Shown here piece after piece: positions 27,954 through 36,897 of a stretch of DNA of 48,018 bases. The first letter of the stretch is position 1; each line of letters begins with the position of its first letter. The notes under the pieces were generated by a model. That model worked only from the letters and a program-made list of their open reading frames with translations, was not told the DNA's origin and searched no databases. The translations under genes were made by a program, and so were the position numbers. Source of the stretch: a virus (taxonomy: Duplodnaviria; Caudoviricetes); the IMG/VR virus record IMGVR_UViG_3300037722_000305, positions 1 through 48,018 of that record. One strand, 5' to 3'.

Positions 27954-28227
27954 CCACACGACGGACGAGTTTATCTCAATTGGTATCTATCTCCCCGAAG
28001 ATGACCCAGAGACCCCTGATTACATTGCTTACTGCCCGGAACTGGAAGGTTGTATCGTGCAGGGGTTTACGATGCACGAAGCAATGGAGACCCTGCGACA
28101 AACCCGTGAAGAATACATTGAACACCTACTAGAAGACAATCTCGCAATCCCCACACCAGCAAACACGAATATGATTGTGATTGATTTCAGCGAAATCATG
28201 GATACATCCAGGAGACAAGATGCGTAA
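27946..28227 (+). CDS. hicB: HicB-family antitoxin-like protein (no DNA-binding tail, no hicA nearby)
   Basis: YIAYCPELEGCIVQGFT..EA...L...E.....IPTP signature. Confidence 0.8.
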   Translation: MRNHTTDEFISIGIYLPEDDPETPDYIAYCPELEGCIVQGFTMHEAMETLRQTREEYIEHLLEDNLAIPTPANTNMIVIDFSEIMDTSRRQDA

Positions 28228-28651
28228 ACAAATACATGCAGACACATGGCAAATAGGGGATTACCTTCTCATACTTACCAAGTTTGAAGGTGATGACAAC
28301 TACGAATGGGAAACTAAGTATAGCCCGATGGGATATGGATTTAACGGCACTGCGGCAACAACAGAAGCGGGTATCCGCAGTATGTTGGATATAGCCGAAC
28401 AGCATACGGGTGGTGTATTGGTTGAAACATATACATTCGATATGCCGGGTGAAAACATAACCATATCTTGCACGCCCCAAACCACTATAGAAACTGCATT
28501 TAGGCAAGCGATTGAAGAAAATAACATCCGTGTTGCTTATGAAGATTGGACACTTGAAAGTAAGCACGGAATACATATTGACAATCCAGATTTACACATC
28601 GGGGTTTTCAGTGATGGTATTATCGCCTCAATTAATCCCGTGACAGCATAG
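28220..28651 (+). CDS. Hypothetical protein
   Basis: RBS AGGAG before ATG28220. Confidence 0.55.
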   Translation: MRKQIHADTWQIGDYLLILTKFEGDDNYEWETKYSPMGYGFNGTAATTEAGIRSMLDIAEQHTGGVLVETYTFDMPGENITISCTPQTTIETAFRQAIEENNIRVAYEDWTLESKHGIHIDNPDLHIGVFSDGIIASINPVTA

Positions 28652-28660
28652 GAGACGACC

Positions 28661-28879
28661 ATGAAACGCCTTAAAGCACTCTGGCTCACATTGCGGATGC
28701 CCCACTCCGAACTAGATGAGGTCATCTACACACTGGCAGAAATAGCTGAATTCTATAAAGAGCGGAAAGCCTACGTTGCGCCAGAGAAACCAGTCTACAA
28801 AACCTACCACCTCGTACCGCACGAAGAACCCCCAAGCTCGGACGACGGTCAAAAAAAAAGACCACCGCATCCGAGTTGA
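28661..28879 (+). CDS. Hypothetical protein
   Basis: RBS AGGAG; last + strand gene before the terminator. Confidence 0.55.
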   Translation: MKRLKALWLTLRMPHSELDEVIYTLAEIAEFYKERKAYVAPEKPVYKTYHLVPHEEPPSSDDGQKKRPPHPS

Positions 28880-28975
28880 CAATCCTTCACCCCCCTATCA
28901 GCTCCGCAAATACAACCAATTTCTACCTTGATGACGGTGTGTTCCTCAGTGGCGGTTGGTTTCCCCGTAATTGAA

Positions 28976-29005
28976 AAGTCCCCGTGTTGGGGACTTATTT
29001 TTTTG
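28976..29005 (+). terminator. Intrinsic terminator at the convergence of late and leftward operons
   Basis: AAGTCCCC-GTGTT-GGGGACTT followed by ATTTTTTT. Confidence 0.75.
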
Positions 29006-29006
29006 T

Positions 29007-29723
29007 TTACAGCGAGTTCTGTAAATTATTTAAGCTGTTGAGGAAATTCTGCGTTGCTTGCCCGTCGGGCTTTGCCTTCGTGATGGTTAACTCTGGCATA
29101 TCCTCATCATCATCAAAACTTGGCGCGGCTAGTTTTATCGGTTGCAATCCCCCGCCTGACAAGCCCTTTAGCCCTACGCCCGTGCTTTGCGGTTGTGGTG
29201 CTACGGGTTGTGGCGCGTTCTGGATGAGTTCTTCTAACCTATCGAATAACTTTTGTTCTTTCGTCTCGGTCAACAGCTTGTGAATACCGGGATAAGCCTC
29301 GTGTAATGTCGTATCATCACCACTCAGGAATTCACTGTGCATGATGAGCAAGTCCACTATTGTCGGTGTCAAGATGCGCTCCCCTGCCAAGCTACGGGCG
29401 ATGGTGTAGGCTTCCTTGTGGTCATCATTCGCCATATCGAGATAGACTTTCAGGACTTCCCGTTTGCGCGTCTCACTACTGTAGCTTGGCAGTAGTGCCA
29501 GTTCTTCGCAACCGTATCGTATTCCGAGTTTTGTAAACAGAATGCGGCGCTCGGTCTTGCCATTCTCTTGCACGAATTGATAGTCGATTAGACCGCGTGT
29601 ATACATGGCGCGGATGCACGAGGGATGAATACCAGACACATCAATCGCCTGCTGTGGGGTTGCCATAGCGATAGGGTAGAGGTCGCAATAATGTTTGAGT
29701 GTTGTATCTGGTAATGGTTTCAT
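29007..29723 (-). CDS. Hypothetical protein, possible N-terminal winged helix
   Basis: 238-aa ORF with RBS AGGA; GIHPSCIRAMYTRGLI...FTKLG resembles a wHTH. Confidence 0.55.
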   Translation of the reverse strand: MKPLPDTTLKHYCDLYPIAMATPQQAIDVSGIHPSCIRAMYTRGLIDYQFVQENGKTERRILFTKLGIRYGCEELALLPSYSSETRKREVLKVYLDMANDDHKEAYTIARSLAGERILTPTIVDLLIMHSEFLSGDDTTLHEAYPGIHKLLTETKEQKLFDRLEELIQNAPQPVAPQPQSTGVGLKGLSGGGLQPIKLAAPSFDDDEDMPELTITKAKPDGQATQNFLNSLNNLQNSL

Positions 29724-29948
29724 GATAAAATCCTAAGTGCTTATAACTATGCGGCTATCATACCGCGTTCCGAGAGCCACCTAACAGGGTGGCTTTTGTT
29801 TAGTCGCTAGTCCTTATCCTCTGGTGTATAACCCAACACGCGAACAATCGTATTGAGTTGTGACAGGGTAATTGCAAGGAAGTAATCACTCAATTTATGT
29901 TTCCTTGCAATCTTGTAATCGCGATTGAGCTTATGGTAGAACCTATCT

Positions 29949-30377
29949 TCAATCGAATAAACTTAATTGTGTTGGCGCAGCCGGATTTTCGATAACAGGT
30001 AATCCCATTTTTTTTGCCAGTCGAATAATCGACTTTGTACTTTTTGGTTTCTTGTGATACCACGCTATCAGGGTATCCATATTGACCAACATCAGGTGTT
30101 TCTTGACAGTATAGAATTCTGTGCCGAGTGCTATTTCGGACATCCTGATAGCCAATTCACTGCTTTGCATCAAATCTTCTATGGCCAACCCGCGCTCCCA
30201 AGCCGCACTTTGCAAGCGTAAATCGCGAGGCTGATGCCACGCAAACACAAGGATACTGTTCTCTGGTAGCGTAGCAATGTAATCACACGCCTCTTGGATA
30301 TTCGTGTAATTATTGTCTATCACAATACCATATCGCGTGCGAAGTGCGTCTTGAATGATGCTTTCGTAGTCAGTCAT
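29949..30377 (-). CDS. SLOG/YspA-like (DUF2493-like) protein, divergent
   Basis: DTLIAWY....KSTKSIIRLAKKMGLPV resembles the SLOG C-terminal motif. Confidence 0.45.
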   Translation of the reverse strand: MTDYESIIQDALRTRYGIVIDNNYTNIQEACDYIATLPENSILVFAWHQPRDLRLQSAAWERGLAIEDLMQSSELAIRMSEIALGTEFYTVKKHLMLVNMDTLIAWYHKKPKSTKSIIRLAKKMGLPVIENPAAPTQLSLFD

Positions 30378-30621
30378 CCCACGAACCTATCATGTCTCCA
30401 CCGAACGATGGATTACGAACACTTGTCATCTTCTCGGATTGAATAGCCTCCTCATAGGACATGAATTCATCACACATCAATCGAAGTAATGCGCCAAACC
30501 AAGCGCGTTCTGACTTTCTCAAATTCGGATTGTGATTAATCTGCCATTCAATCTCGTTAATCGCCCGATTGCCACTGAAACTCAAGTTCGGAAACTCATC
30601 ACGATTGTTCATGTTTGCCAC
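30370..30621 (-). CDS. Hypothetical protein
   Basis: ORF in the coupled leftward operon (start could be ATG30612). Confidence 0.5.
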   Translation of the reverse strand: MANMNNRDEFPNLSFSGNRAINEIEWQINHNPNLRKSERAWFGALLRLMCDEFMSYEEAIQSEKMTSVRNPSFGGDMIGSWDD

Positions 30622-30778
30622 CTAGTCTAAATTCTCGGTCAAATTGATTGTGCCGTTCCGCCATTCCGCCTAAATCAAAACGGTCATCCGGTGTCTGTGC
30701 TTGCTTGCCCCGACACAGCATCCATGCGATGCCCGCGCCGATGACAAGCCCGATGAGTATGCCGATACGAAAGGTCAT
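30599..30778 (-). CDS. Small membrane protein (59 aa)
   Basis: MTFRIGILIGLVIGAGIAWMLC TM helix with RBS AGGA; read by hand, below the ORF-track cutoff. Confidence 0.5.
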   Translation of the reverse strand: MTFRIGILIGLVIGAGIAWMLCRGKQAQTPDDRFDLGGMAERHNQFDREFRLGGKHEQS

Positions 30779-30832
30779 GGTGCTTTTTGTCCTAAAAATC
30801 TTCGTCCATTATGTGGTTTCCTTGCTTTCAAA

Positions 30833-31126
30833 TTAGTCGAAACTGAGTTCGTTCTCGATAAATGCCTCAAAGACATTCGACGGTGTATAGGTCTGCGCTA
30901 TCTTGTATTCATTGATTGCAATGCTAGCGAGGGCCACTTCAACGCGATAGCCGTAATCCTTGCCATCGTCTGTTAATTCGTATGCTAAGTACCCGCTATC
31001 CTGCAACATCCCGATAACCGTTTCCCATGTCGCCCAACTGCGCGGGTCAACATAGTAACCATTGCTAACGGTATTCAATGTACGCCGGAGTGCGGATTTC
31101 AAGATTATGTATTCTGCGTATGTCAT
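30833..31126 (-). CDS. Hypothetical protein
   Basis: RBS AAGGA with ATGA coupling. Confidence 0.55.
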   Translation of the reverse strand: MTYAEYIILKSALRRTLNTVSNGYYVDPRSWATWETVIGMLQDSGYLAYELTDDGKDYGYRVEVALASIAINEYKIAQTYTPSNVFEAFIENELSFD

Positions 31127-31350
31127 GGTGTTTCCTTATTCTCTCTATGATATAGAACGACGTATTGTGCCAATTTTGAAATATAACGAATATAACGGTC
31201 CGGGTGACGCTCGTCCTCACTACGCCAAGCAATCCCCCATAATTCGCCAAGCAATCGGAGCGCCTGTTCGCGCTCAAAATCATCCTCAAATGCCAGCACA
31301 GCGACTAGCGTTAAGTATTTACTGCGACTGTATGCGGTCTTCTTTGTCAT
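31123..31350 (-). CDS. Hypothetical protein
   Basis: RBS GAGGA with ATGA coupling. Confidence 0.55.
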   Translation of the reverse strand: MTKKTAYSRSKYLTLVAVLAFEDDFEREQALRLLGELWGIAWRSEDERHPDRYIRYISKLAQYVVLYHRENKETP

Positions 31351-31532
31351 GGTGTTTCCTCGTGGTAAATTTCATTCCCTAATGAGACCCAACCTTTGAG
31401 CCGCCCGTTGCTTAAATCCCAAACAATACCATACTCAACACCCACACTAGATGTTGCTTTATTTATGATGGTGTACACATCCTTGTTTGGAAAATTCTCT
31501 CTGATTGCTTCATAGATATTGAAGTAAATCAT
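31347..31532 (-). CDS. Hypothetical protein
   Basis: ATGA coupling. Confidence 0.5.
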   Translation of the reverse strand: MIYFNIYEAIRENFPNKDVYTIINKATSSVGVEYGIVWDLSNGRLKGWVSLGNEIYHEETP

Positions 31533-31741
31533 TGCTTTTTGCGCTCCCGAATTTCTTTATCTGTATCAATCCCAAGCGCTTTTGCAATATCAGGGAATGC
31601 GTCCTCAATAGCCCGTTTAATTGCAATATCGGCTGTGATATTCGTTCCCGCTTCCAGTTGAACGGTAGCGGCAATTTTACTTATCGCCTCGCGTGTTACT
31701 GCTGATACTCTCACTTGTGTATCCTTAGACATTATTTTCAA
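31529..31741 (-). CDS. Ribbon-helix-helix-like regulator
   Basis: TQVRVS beta-strand followed by two helices; first gene of the leftward operon (start may be ATG31732). Confidence 0.55.
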   Translation of the reverse strand: MKIMSKDTQVRVSAVTREAISKIAATVQLEAGTNITADIAIKRAIEDAFPDIAKALGIDTDKEIRERKKQ

Positions 31742-31749
31742 CCTACCTT

Positions 31750-31778
31750 ATTTTATCATATGTTGTTATCAAAGTCAA
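31750..31778 (-). promoter_or_regulatory. Leftward sigma70 promoter
   Basis: Minus strand TTGACT-17 bp-TAAAAT with extended TG. Confidence 0.65.
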
Positions 31779-31819
31779 CAAATCTAACAAAACTAACAAA
31801 ACTAATTTTGAATATCTTG

Positions 31820-31848
31820 TTGACAAAGTATCCATTGTGTGATATATT
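31820..31848 (+). promoter_or_regulatory. Rightward sigma70 promoter (early operon)
   Basis: TTGACA-17 bp-TATATT with extended TG. Confidence 0.75.
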
Positions 31849-31972
31849 TACATTATAGCTTAACAACAGCATATTGAACACAAAAGCCCAACGCAATCAC
31901 GCAGGGCTGGAACTAAAAAGCGACTGTGCGTCCGTCGAAAGAAACACAACCGCTTTAAAGGAATTAAAACTA

Positions 31973-32533
31973 ATGAACAAGTATACTACACTCTTTAACA
32001 AAAATCAAACGTGGTCAGTTCTCCGGCGCTCGGACACATACGGAACAGGCTACATCGTACAACCTGCGGAGACCATCAGTGTTGCCATCGGCGAGGGTTG
32101 GGAATTCATCGCTGGTAACATGGATATGGAAACCGCTTGCCGGGTTCGCGATATTTACAAAACAGCAGGCGCACCACCCATGCCATGTGAAACAATCGAA
32201 AACCCGTCACTGGATGACCTGCTCGTGTACGACATGACCGAAGCACCAGAAGACCGTGATGGTCAAGCGATTGAAGAATTCGACCTTGTGAACATCGTGA
32301 TTGACGGGTTCTGGCTCGAAGGCACAGTCACAGCGATTGAGGAAGACTATGTCGAAATTGACGGTGTTTGGACAGTTGACCGCATTGGATACCAATGCGA
32401 GTTAATCGCAAAAGCCGAAGATGATTGCGGGTTTATAGAGGAATACGGTCAATGGCTTGACCACCTAGAGGAGAATTATGAGAGATTATACGAAGCCGCA
32501 GTTTCGGCGCAGACCAGCACACTTGCGGCGTGA
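31973..32533 (+). CDS. Hypothetical acidic protein
   Basis: RBS AAGGA before ATG31973. Confidence 0.55.
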   Translation: MNKYTTLFNKNQTWSVLRRSDTYGTGYIVQPAETISVAIGEGWEFIAGNMDMETACRVRDIYKTAGAPPMPCETIENPSLDDLLVYDMTEAPEDRDGQAIEEFDLVNIVIDGFWLEGTVTAIEEDYVEIDGVWTVDRIGYQCELIAKAEDDCGFIEEYGQWLDHLEENYERLYEAAVSAQTSTLAA

Positions 32534-32663
32534 ATTGTACCGCAAGTGGCGAGTAGGGCAGGGCTATCAGCAACAAGCTCCTGCTAAGGTTTCCGTATTG
32601 TCGCAAGCGCAGCAACGGTATCAGCACCGCGATTTTAGCTACTATGAGGATAAGCAGGAATGA
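32478..32663 (+). CDS. Hypothetical protein
   Basis: RBS GAGGAG; ATGA-coupled to the next gene. Confidence 0.45.
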   Translation: MRDYTKPQFRRRPAHLRRELYRKWRVGQGYQQQAPAKVSVLSQAQQRYQHRDFSYYEDKQE

Positions 32664-33148
32664 GCAACCTAAACGCATGGAACTACGACATTCGCAACCC
32701 ACACGGCAAGGACATCCCGGCACACATCAAATTGCCGATGAATTGGTTTGACTTGAAAAACGAACCCTTGCACCTGCTACGTGTTCGTAAGTTGGCAGAC
32801 AACCAGTACATGGCGCTTGCCAAGCATTTTGGGTCGCGTCGACGGGTACGCCTGATGCTGGATAACAGCGACATCGCCAAGCTAGAAGAGGCGCAGGAAA
32901 TATCCGTTGGCGATAAGTGGATTAATCCTAATCCGACACGGTTTGATATTGAGGTCAAGTCGTTTGTTACCACGCATGGTATCATCCGTAAGGGTGTATC
33001 GTGGGGCGGGTATGTGCGCGGTCTGGCATGGGTAGAGGGCGTTGTGCCGTTCTTCTACGTAACAGAAACGATTATCGCCACGCCTGCACCTGAGCCGAAA
33101 CCGAAATACGTTATCGCTGATTTTTGGCGGAAAGGACAAGCGGCATGA
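32660..33148 (+). CDS. Hypothetical protein
   Basis: Coupled ORF, 162 aa. Confidence 0.55.
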   Translation: MSNLNAWNYDIRNPHGKDIPAHIKLPMNWFDLKNEPLHLLRVRKLADNQYMALAKHFGSRRRVRLMLDNSDIAKLEEAQEISVGDKWINPNPTRFDIEVKSFVTTHGIIRKGVSWGGYVRGLAWVEGVVPFFYVTETIIATPAPEPKPKYVIADFWRKGQAA

Positions 33149-33516
33149 ACGAATACACAAAAGGGTATGTAAAAAACCACTATCAGCAGGGCGAATTAAA
33201 AAGTCTATCTGTTTCAGTAACAATGTGGTGTATCTCAAAAGGATACATTGAACCAGTGGTTGATGCCGCGTGGGATACGCATCTTGAATTCACCGAGCTA
33301 GGTAAAATCTGGCTTGGATTGTACGACGTGCAGGAAACACCGAAAGCGCATTCTGACACCGAAACCGACACCCTGCGGCAACAGCTAGAAACATCTGAGG
33401 CACGAGTAGCAGAGTTAGAGAACGCTATCCACGAGGCGTGGAAATATTTGCGGATTACAGGTATACACGGCATTGATGATGTTATTCACAAATTAAGTAA
33501 GTATGCGCCTGACTAA
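33145..33516 (+). CDS. Hypothetical protein with coiled coil
   Basis: ATGA coupling; EARVAELE segment. Confidence 0.55.
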   Translation: MNEYTKGYVKNHYQQGELKSLSVSVTMWCISKGYIEPVVDAAWDTHLEFTELGKIWLGLYDVQETPKAHSDTETDTLRQQLETSEARVAELENAIHEAWKYLRITGIHGIDDVIHKLSKYAPD

Positions 33517-33686
33517 TCCGAAGCCTAACACCATTCCTACCCTGCACGAATTGTAGCAGGTTTAAAAGCGTGATAGGGTAGGTATCTCGCACATTAATTC
33601 TAAAACGAAATTAGGTCACTTAAGAATAGATTTATTGAAATCGGCACTTTTTACAAGACATTAAACCAAAGTAAGCCAGCTTGTGA

Positions 33687-33715
33687 TTGCAAGCGGCGCG
33701 GCGATAGGGTACAAT
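33687..33715 (+). promoter_or_regulatory. Sigma70 promoter
   Basis: TTGCAA-17 bp-TACAAT. Confidence 0.6.
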
Positions 33716-33776
33716 TGAGAGTACCTGACAACCGTGCATTATACAGGAGAAACTATCACTGTAAAGGGATAAACAA

Positions 33777-33962
33777 ATGGACACCACACAAGGCAACATA
33801 ATCATCGGGTTGTTGCTCATCATCATCGCCCTGATGTTTCGCAAAATTTTGAAAGTCGTAGCAGTTAGCAACGGAACGGAAACGGAAAAAGGCGGGGAAG
33901 GTGGGAAGCCTAGCGAGGACAAACACGCTTCCCCGCCACACAAAATCAAGTTCGCTAGTTGA
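33777..33962 (+). CDS. Small single-TM protein
   Basis: IIIGLLLIIIALMF helix; RBS AAGGGA. Confidence 0.55.
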   Translation: MDTTQGNIIIGLLLIIIALMFRKILKVVAVSNGTETEKGGEGGKPSEDKHASPPHKIKFAS

Positions 33963-34017
33963 CGAACCTGATTGTGATAATTGTAACGAATAGAAGATAA
34001 GTACGCAAGGAGTTGGT

Positions 34018-34341
34018 ATGCCAACGATGAACCGCACAACCGACAAGCGCCGTAGCAAAGCCTACACACAGCGCCGATACGACAATCTGATACCACTTTT
34101 TGAGCGTCTACCAGCGCCAGCCGCGCCTATCGGGCAGATACCACAACCGCGTTATCCCATTGGTACGCAGGTGCAATTTCAGCAGTGGCGTAGTCGCTAT
34201 CTGCCTATTCAATCTGGCGTGATTGTTGACACCGACATCTTCGGAGACCGTGATACCTACGTGGTACAAGTTGACGGACGTAAGCATACCATACGTGCTT
34301 ACAATGTTATTCGCGTCCTGAGCGGGGTAGTAGCGGCATGA
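34018..34341 (+). CDS. Hypothetical protein (SH3/KOW-like C-terminus)
   Basis: RBS AAGGAG; YPIGTQV...GVIV...YVV pattern. Confidence 0.55.
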   Translation: MPTMNRTTDKRRSKAYTQRRYDNLIPLFERLPAPAAPIGQIPQPRYPIGTQVQFQQWRSRYLPIQSGVIVDTDIFGDRDTYVVQVDGRKHTIRAYNVIRVLSGVVAA

Positions 34342-34919
34342 CACTTGCACTTGTACCGCAAGCAGTACATGCGCCCGTTGTCGAAAAATTCACCATCGGC
34401 ACACTCGGATTAGAGGTCACTGGACATCCAACGTATGATGAATGGATTGAATTCGGGACGGTCTTGCACGGGTTGAAACAATCCTTGCAATGGAATATCG
34501 GGGATTGGATTGAATACGGAGAATGGGCGTATGGTGAAAAATATGCACAGGCAGAAGATGAAACCAAGTTCTCGAACGGCTACTTGCGAACTATCGCCTT
34601 AACAGCCCGCACGTTCCCGAAATCGGAGCGACGGGTGAATGTGCCGTTTTCCACACACACCGCCATTGCCTATTTACCAGATGATAAACGAACCTATGTG
34701 CTGGACATGTGCGAACGCGGCGAATGGACACGGGGTGATGTGCGCGGATACCAGAAGCAACTGAAAACAGGCAATACGTACACACTCGAAACCATCACGT
34801 TGCAATGGCGCTGGCATACGGTTAAGGACGGCATTTTGACAGTCGCTTTTGTTGAGCCGGAAGGGGTCTATGAGATTGTCGGATTTAAGGCGATTGTGAA
34901 GAGAGAGAAATCGGCATGA
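34338..34919 (+). CDS. LmbU-like DNA-binding protein
   Basis: TYDEW...G......SLQW.IGDW..YGE..YGEKY...F...RR....FSTH..IA.L pattern. Confidence 0.7.
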   Translation: MTLALVPQAVHAPVVEKFTIGTLGLEVTGHPTYDEWIEFGTVLHGLKQSLQWNIGDWIEYGEWAYGEKYAQAEDETKFSNGYLRTIALTARTFPKSERRVNVPFSTHTAIAYLPDDKRTYVLDMCERGEWTRGDVRGYQKQLKTGNTYTLETITLQWRWHTVKDGILTVAFVEPEGVYEIVGFKAIVKREKSA

Positions 34920-35317
34920 CAAATCTTAGAAAACGATACCATCGGAGCAAGGCGCTCAAACTGCAATACCCAAAAGACCTGACACCTGTCTCATATGATG
35001 ACATTAAAGACGTGCCATTGCCTGATGAGCAACGCCCTGACTTTGCTTGGTTAAGCCGTAAGTATTTAGTGTTGCTGTATGCGGAAAATCACCCTGAAAA
35101 TGTTTTCAGGGTGTCGGTTTGTAGCACGAAAAAAAATCAAAACGGGTGGCTTGATGGTTTTTCGTGGGATGAATTAAACGAGATTAAACGAGCGATTGGG
35201 TTTCATGACTGGTATGCAATCGAAATTTATCCACCTGATGAGAAAATTGTCAACGTGGCAAATTTTCGCCACTTGTGGATTATGGAAAAATCGCTAGGTA
35301 TTGGATGGAACGCATGA
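34916..35317 (+). CDS. Conserved phage protein
   Basis: SWDELNEIK..IGF....AIEIYPP...VNVANFRHLW motif common in phages. Confidence 0.65.
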   Translation: MTNLRKRYHRSKALKLQYPKDLTPVSYDDIKDVPLPDEQRPDFAWLSRKYLVLLYAENHPENVFRVSVCSTKKNQNGWLDGFSWDELNEIKRAIGFHDWYAIEIYPPDEKIVNVANFRHLWIMEKSLGIGWNA

Positions 35318-35862
35318 ATATCAACAATTGCCCGCATTGCGGCGCGTTCTATACCACACACAACACCTGCCCGCATTGCGGCAAGCCCACAGTCGCGCAA
35401 AATGCGGCAACGGCGCGGCGTAAGCATCGGCGCAAGTATCAGACAGCATTAGATGTGAAAACGGCGCTGGATAGGGAATTTCAGTTGTCGCAGAAAGACA
35501 AACTGACCTATGACTTCCTCTATTTGATTGACCAGCGCAATCCTGTGTGGTTATCAGAGATGACACCGGAGTTCATTTTTGATGAGCGTCCTACAAAACG
35601 CTTGTGGCGTGTCGATTTTGTGATTAAGGATTTACGGATTGCAATCGAACTCGAAGGTGGTGTCTGGACAGGTGGCAGGCATACACGTGGAAGTGGCTTC
35701 ATTGAGGATTGCGACAAGTACAATGAACTCGCATTACAAGGCTGGCTATTGCTTCGCTTCACCCGTGACCATATCGACAAAGAGGCGGTCAAGGTGATAG
35801 GTAAAATCACGCGGGCGATTGAAGTCCGTGAAGAAATAAATAAATTATTGGACGTGGCTTAA
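35314..35862 (+). CDS. PD-(D/E)XK endonuclease (Vsr/DUF559-like) with N-terminal zinc ribbon
   Basis: CPHC x2; EF.F...R.WRVDF...IAIELEGGVW..GRH.RG.GF..DC.KYN...GW.LLRFT. Confidence 0.8.
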   Translation: MNINNCPHCGAFYTTHNTCPHCGKPTVAQNAATARRKHRRKYQTALDVKTALDREFQLSQKDKLTYDFLYLIDQRNPVWLSEMTPEFIFDERPTKRLWRVDFVIKDLRIAIELEGGVWTGGRHTRGSGFIEDCDKYNELALQGWLLLRFTRDHIDKEAVKVIGKITRAIEVREEINKLLDVA

Positions 35863-35964
35863 AAATATTATTACGAGGGTCAATTAGACCACTTTGGATT
35901 TTATGACAGAGAAGGTATGGTGGCAGGTGACAGTCTGCTACCACTCTTACAAGAGGTGAATAAA

Positions 35965-36183
35965 ATGACTGACAAGCACAACACAACCAACACCCGAAAC
36001 ATGATACTGTCCGGCGCGAATAAGCGTCATCAAACATTGAAACCGCGTATCGGCAACGGGCGCGGGAATAATCTGAATAGCGAATACTGCGAGTGCGGAA
36101 ACATTGCACGTCTGACATGGCGCAATAAGGTTCGTGTCTGTGTGGCGTGCTTCAAGGAATTTATCGAGGCAAAGCAATCATGA
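35965..36183 (+). CDS. Small zinc-finger protein
   Basis: CECG and CVAC motifs; RBS GAGG. Confidence 0.5.
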   Translation: MTDKHNTTNTRNMILSGANKRHQTLKPRIGNGRGNNLNSEYCECGNIARLTWRNKVRVCVACFKEFIEAKQS

Positions 36184-36374
36184 TATGCCAGTACGAAGGA
36201 TGCAACAACATCGCCTACTTTAGTGACCGTGACGGGTCGCCAAAGTGTAGCGCTCATGTGGACATGGAACGCGCATCACAAATCTATGCACCGGAGGTTA
36301 TTAAGCGTACAACCGATATTATTAAAGTCATTCAGGAGCGCCGGGAACGGCTAGAACGAGAAGGCAAATTATGA
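36180..36374 (+). CDS. Small hypothetical protein (Cys/His motif)
   Basis: CQYEGC...CSAH; ATGA coupling. Confidence 0.5.
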   Translation: MICQYEGCNNIAYFSDRDGSPKCSAHVDMERASQIYAPEVIKRTTDIIKVIQERRERLEREGKL

Positions 36375-36595
36375 GAGGTAAACAGAACATCCAGAAGCGC
36401 AGACAGTACACCGGGCGCATGAGAAAGCAAGCCTATCGCGCAAATTTACAGGCGCAGGGCGTTCGTGTGGACATGTGGGATAGTCGGGTTAGTATCGCGC
36501 CAAAAACGCCGCAAATCGAAAATACGGACGTTCTGCGGATTGACTGGTGGAAAAAGGTAGTCATCCACCGGATTGCAAAGGAGCGTGCGGCATGA
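36371..36595 (+). CDS. Hypothetical basic protein
   Basis: ATGA coupling at both ends. Confidence 0.5.
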   Translation: MRGKQNIQKRRQYTGRMRKQAYRANLQAQGVRVDMWDSRVSIAPKTPQIENTDVLRIDWWKKVVIHRIAKERAA

Positions 36596-36897
36596 ATGAT
36601 TTTGATGAGCAGATTAACAATGCCTTCTACGGTGTAGGGCAAGCGATTACACCCGATGCTATCCGCTTCATGCAGACATTCAATCGCATGGCAAAAGGAA
36701 CGGTCTATACCTGTGTGACCGCATGGCAAAAAGGCGATAGCATCTACGCTTGTATCAAAAAACCACATGCTGATGGTGGTACAGAAGATGGCATACAGCG
36801 CTGCGCTGTTGATAGCGATTATGAGGCTAAGGCGCTATCCATGATTGATTATTACGACAATCCGCCAAAAACATTACGACCAGCACCGGAGAAGTGA
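36592..36897 (+). CDS. Hypothetical protein
   Basis: RBS AAGGAG with ATGA coupling. Confidence 0.5.
   Translation: MNDFDEQINNAFYGVGQAITPDAIRFMQTFNRMAKGTVYTCVTAWQKGDSIYACIKKPHADGGTEDGIQRCAVDSDYEAKALSMIDYYDNPPKTLRPAPEK

Noticed and set aside
29871-29911. 11-bp inverted repeat ATTGCAAGGAA/TTCCTTGCAAT
   Set aside because: It lies in a probable short minus-strand ORF with no adjacent recombinase or transposase; no supportable function.
31989-32000. boxA-like CACTCTTTAACA
   Set aside because: One mismatch to consensus, inside a coding start, no boxB or N-like gene identified; could be chance.
33536-33582. CCTACCCT/AGGGTAGG hairpin as an ncRNA
   Set aside because: A single intergenic hairpin at an operon end; most simply a pause or stability element.
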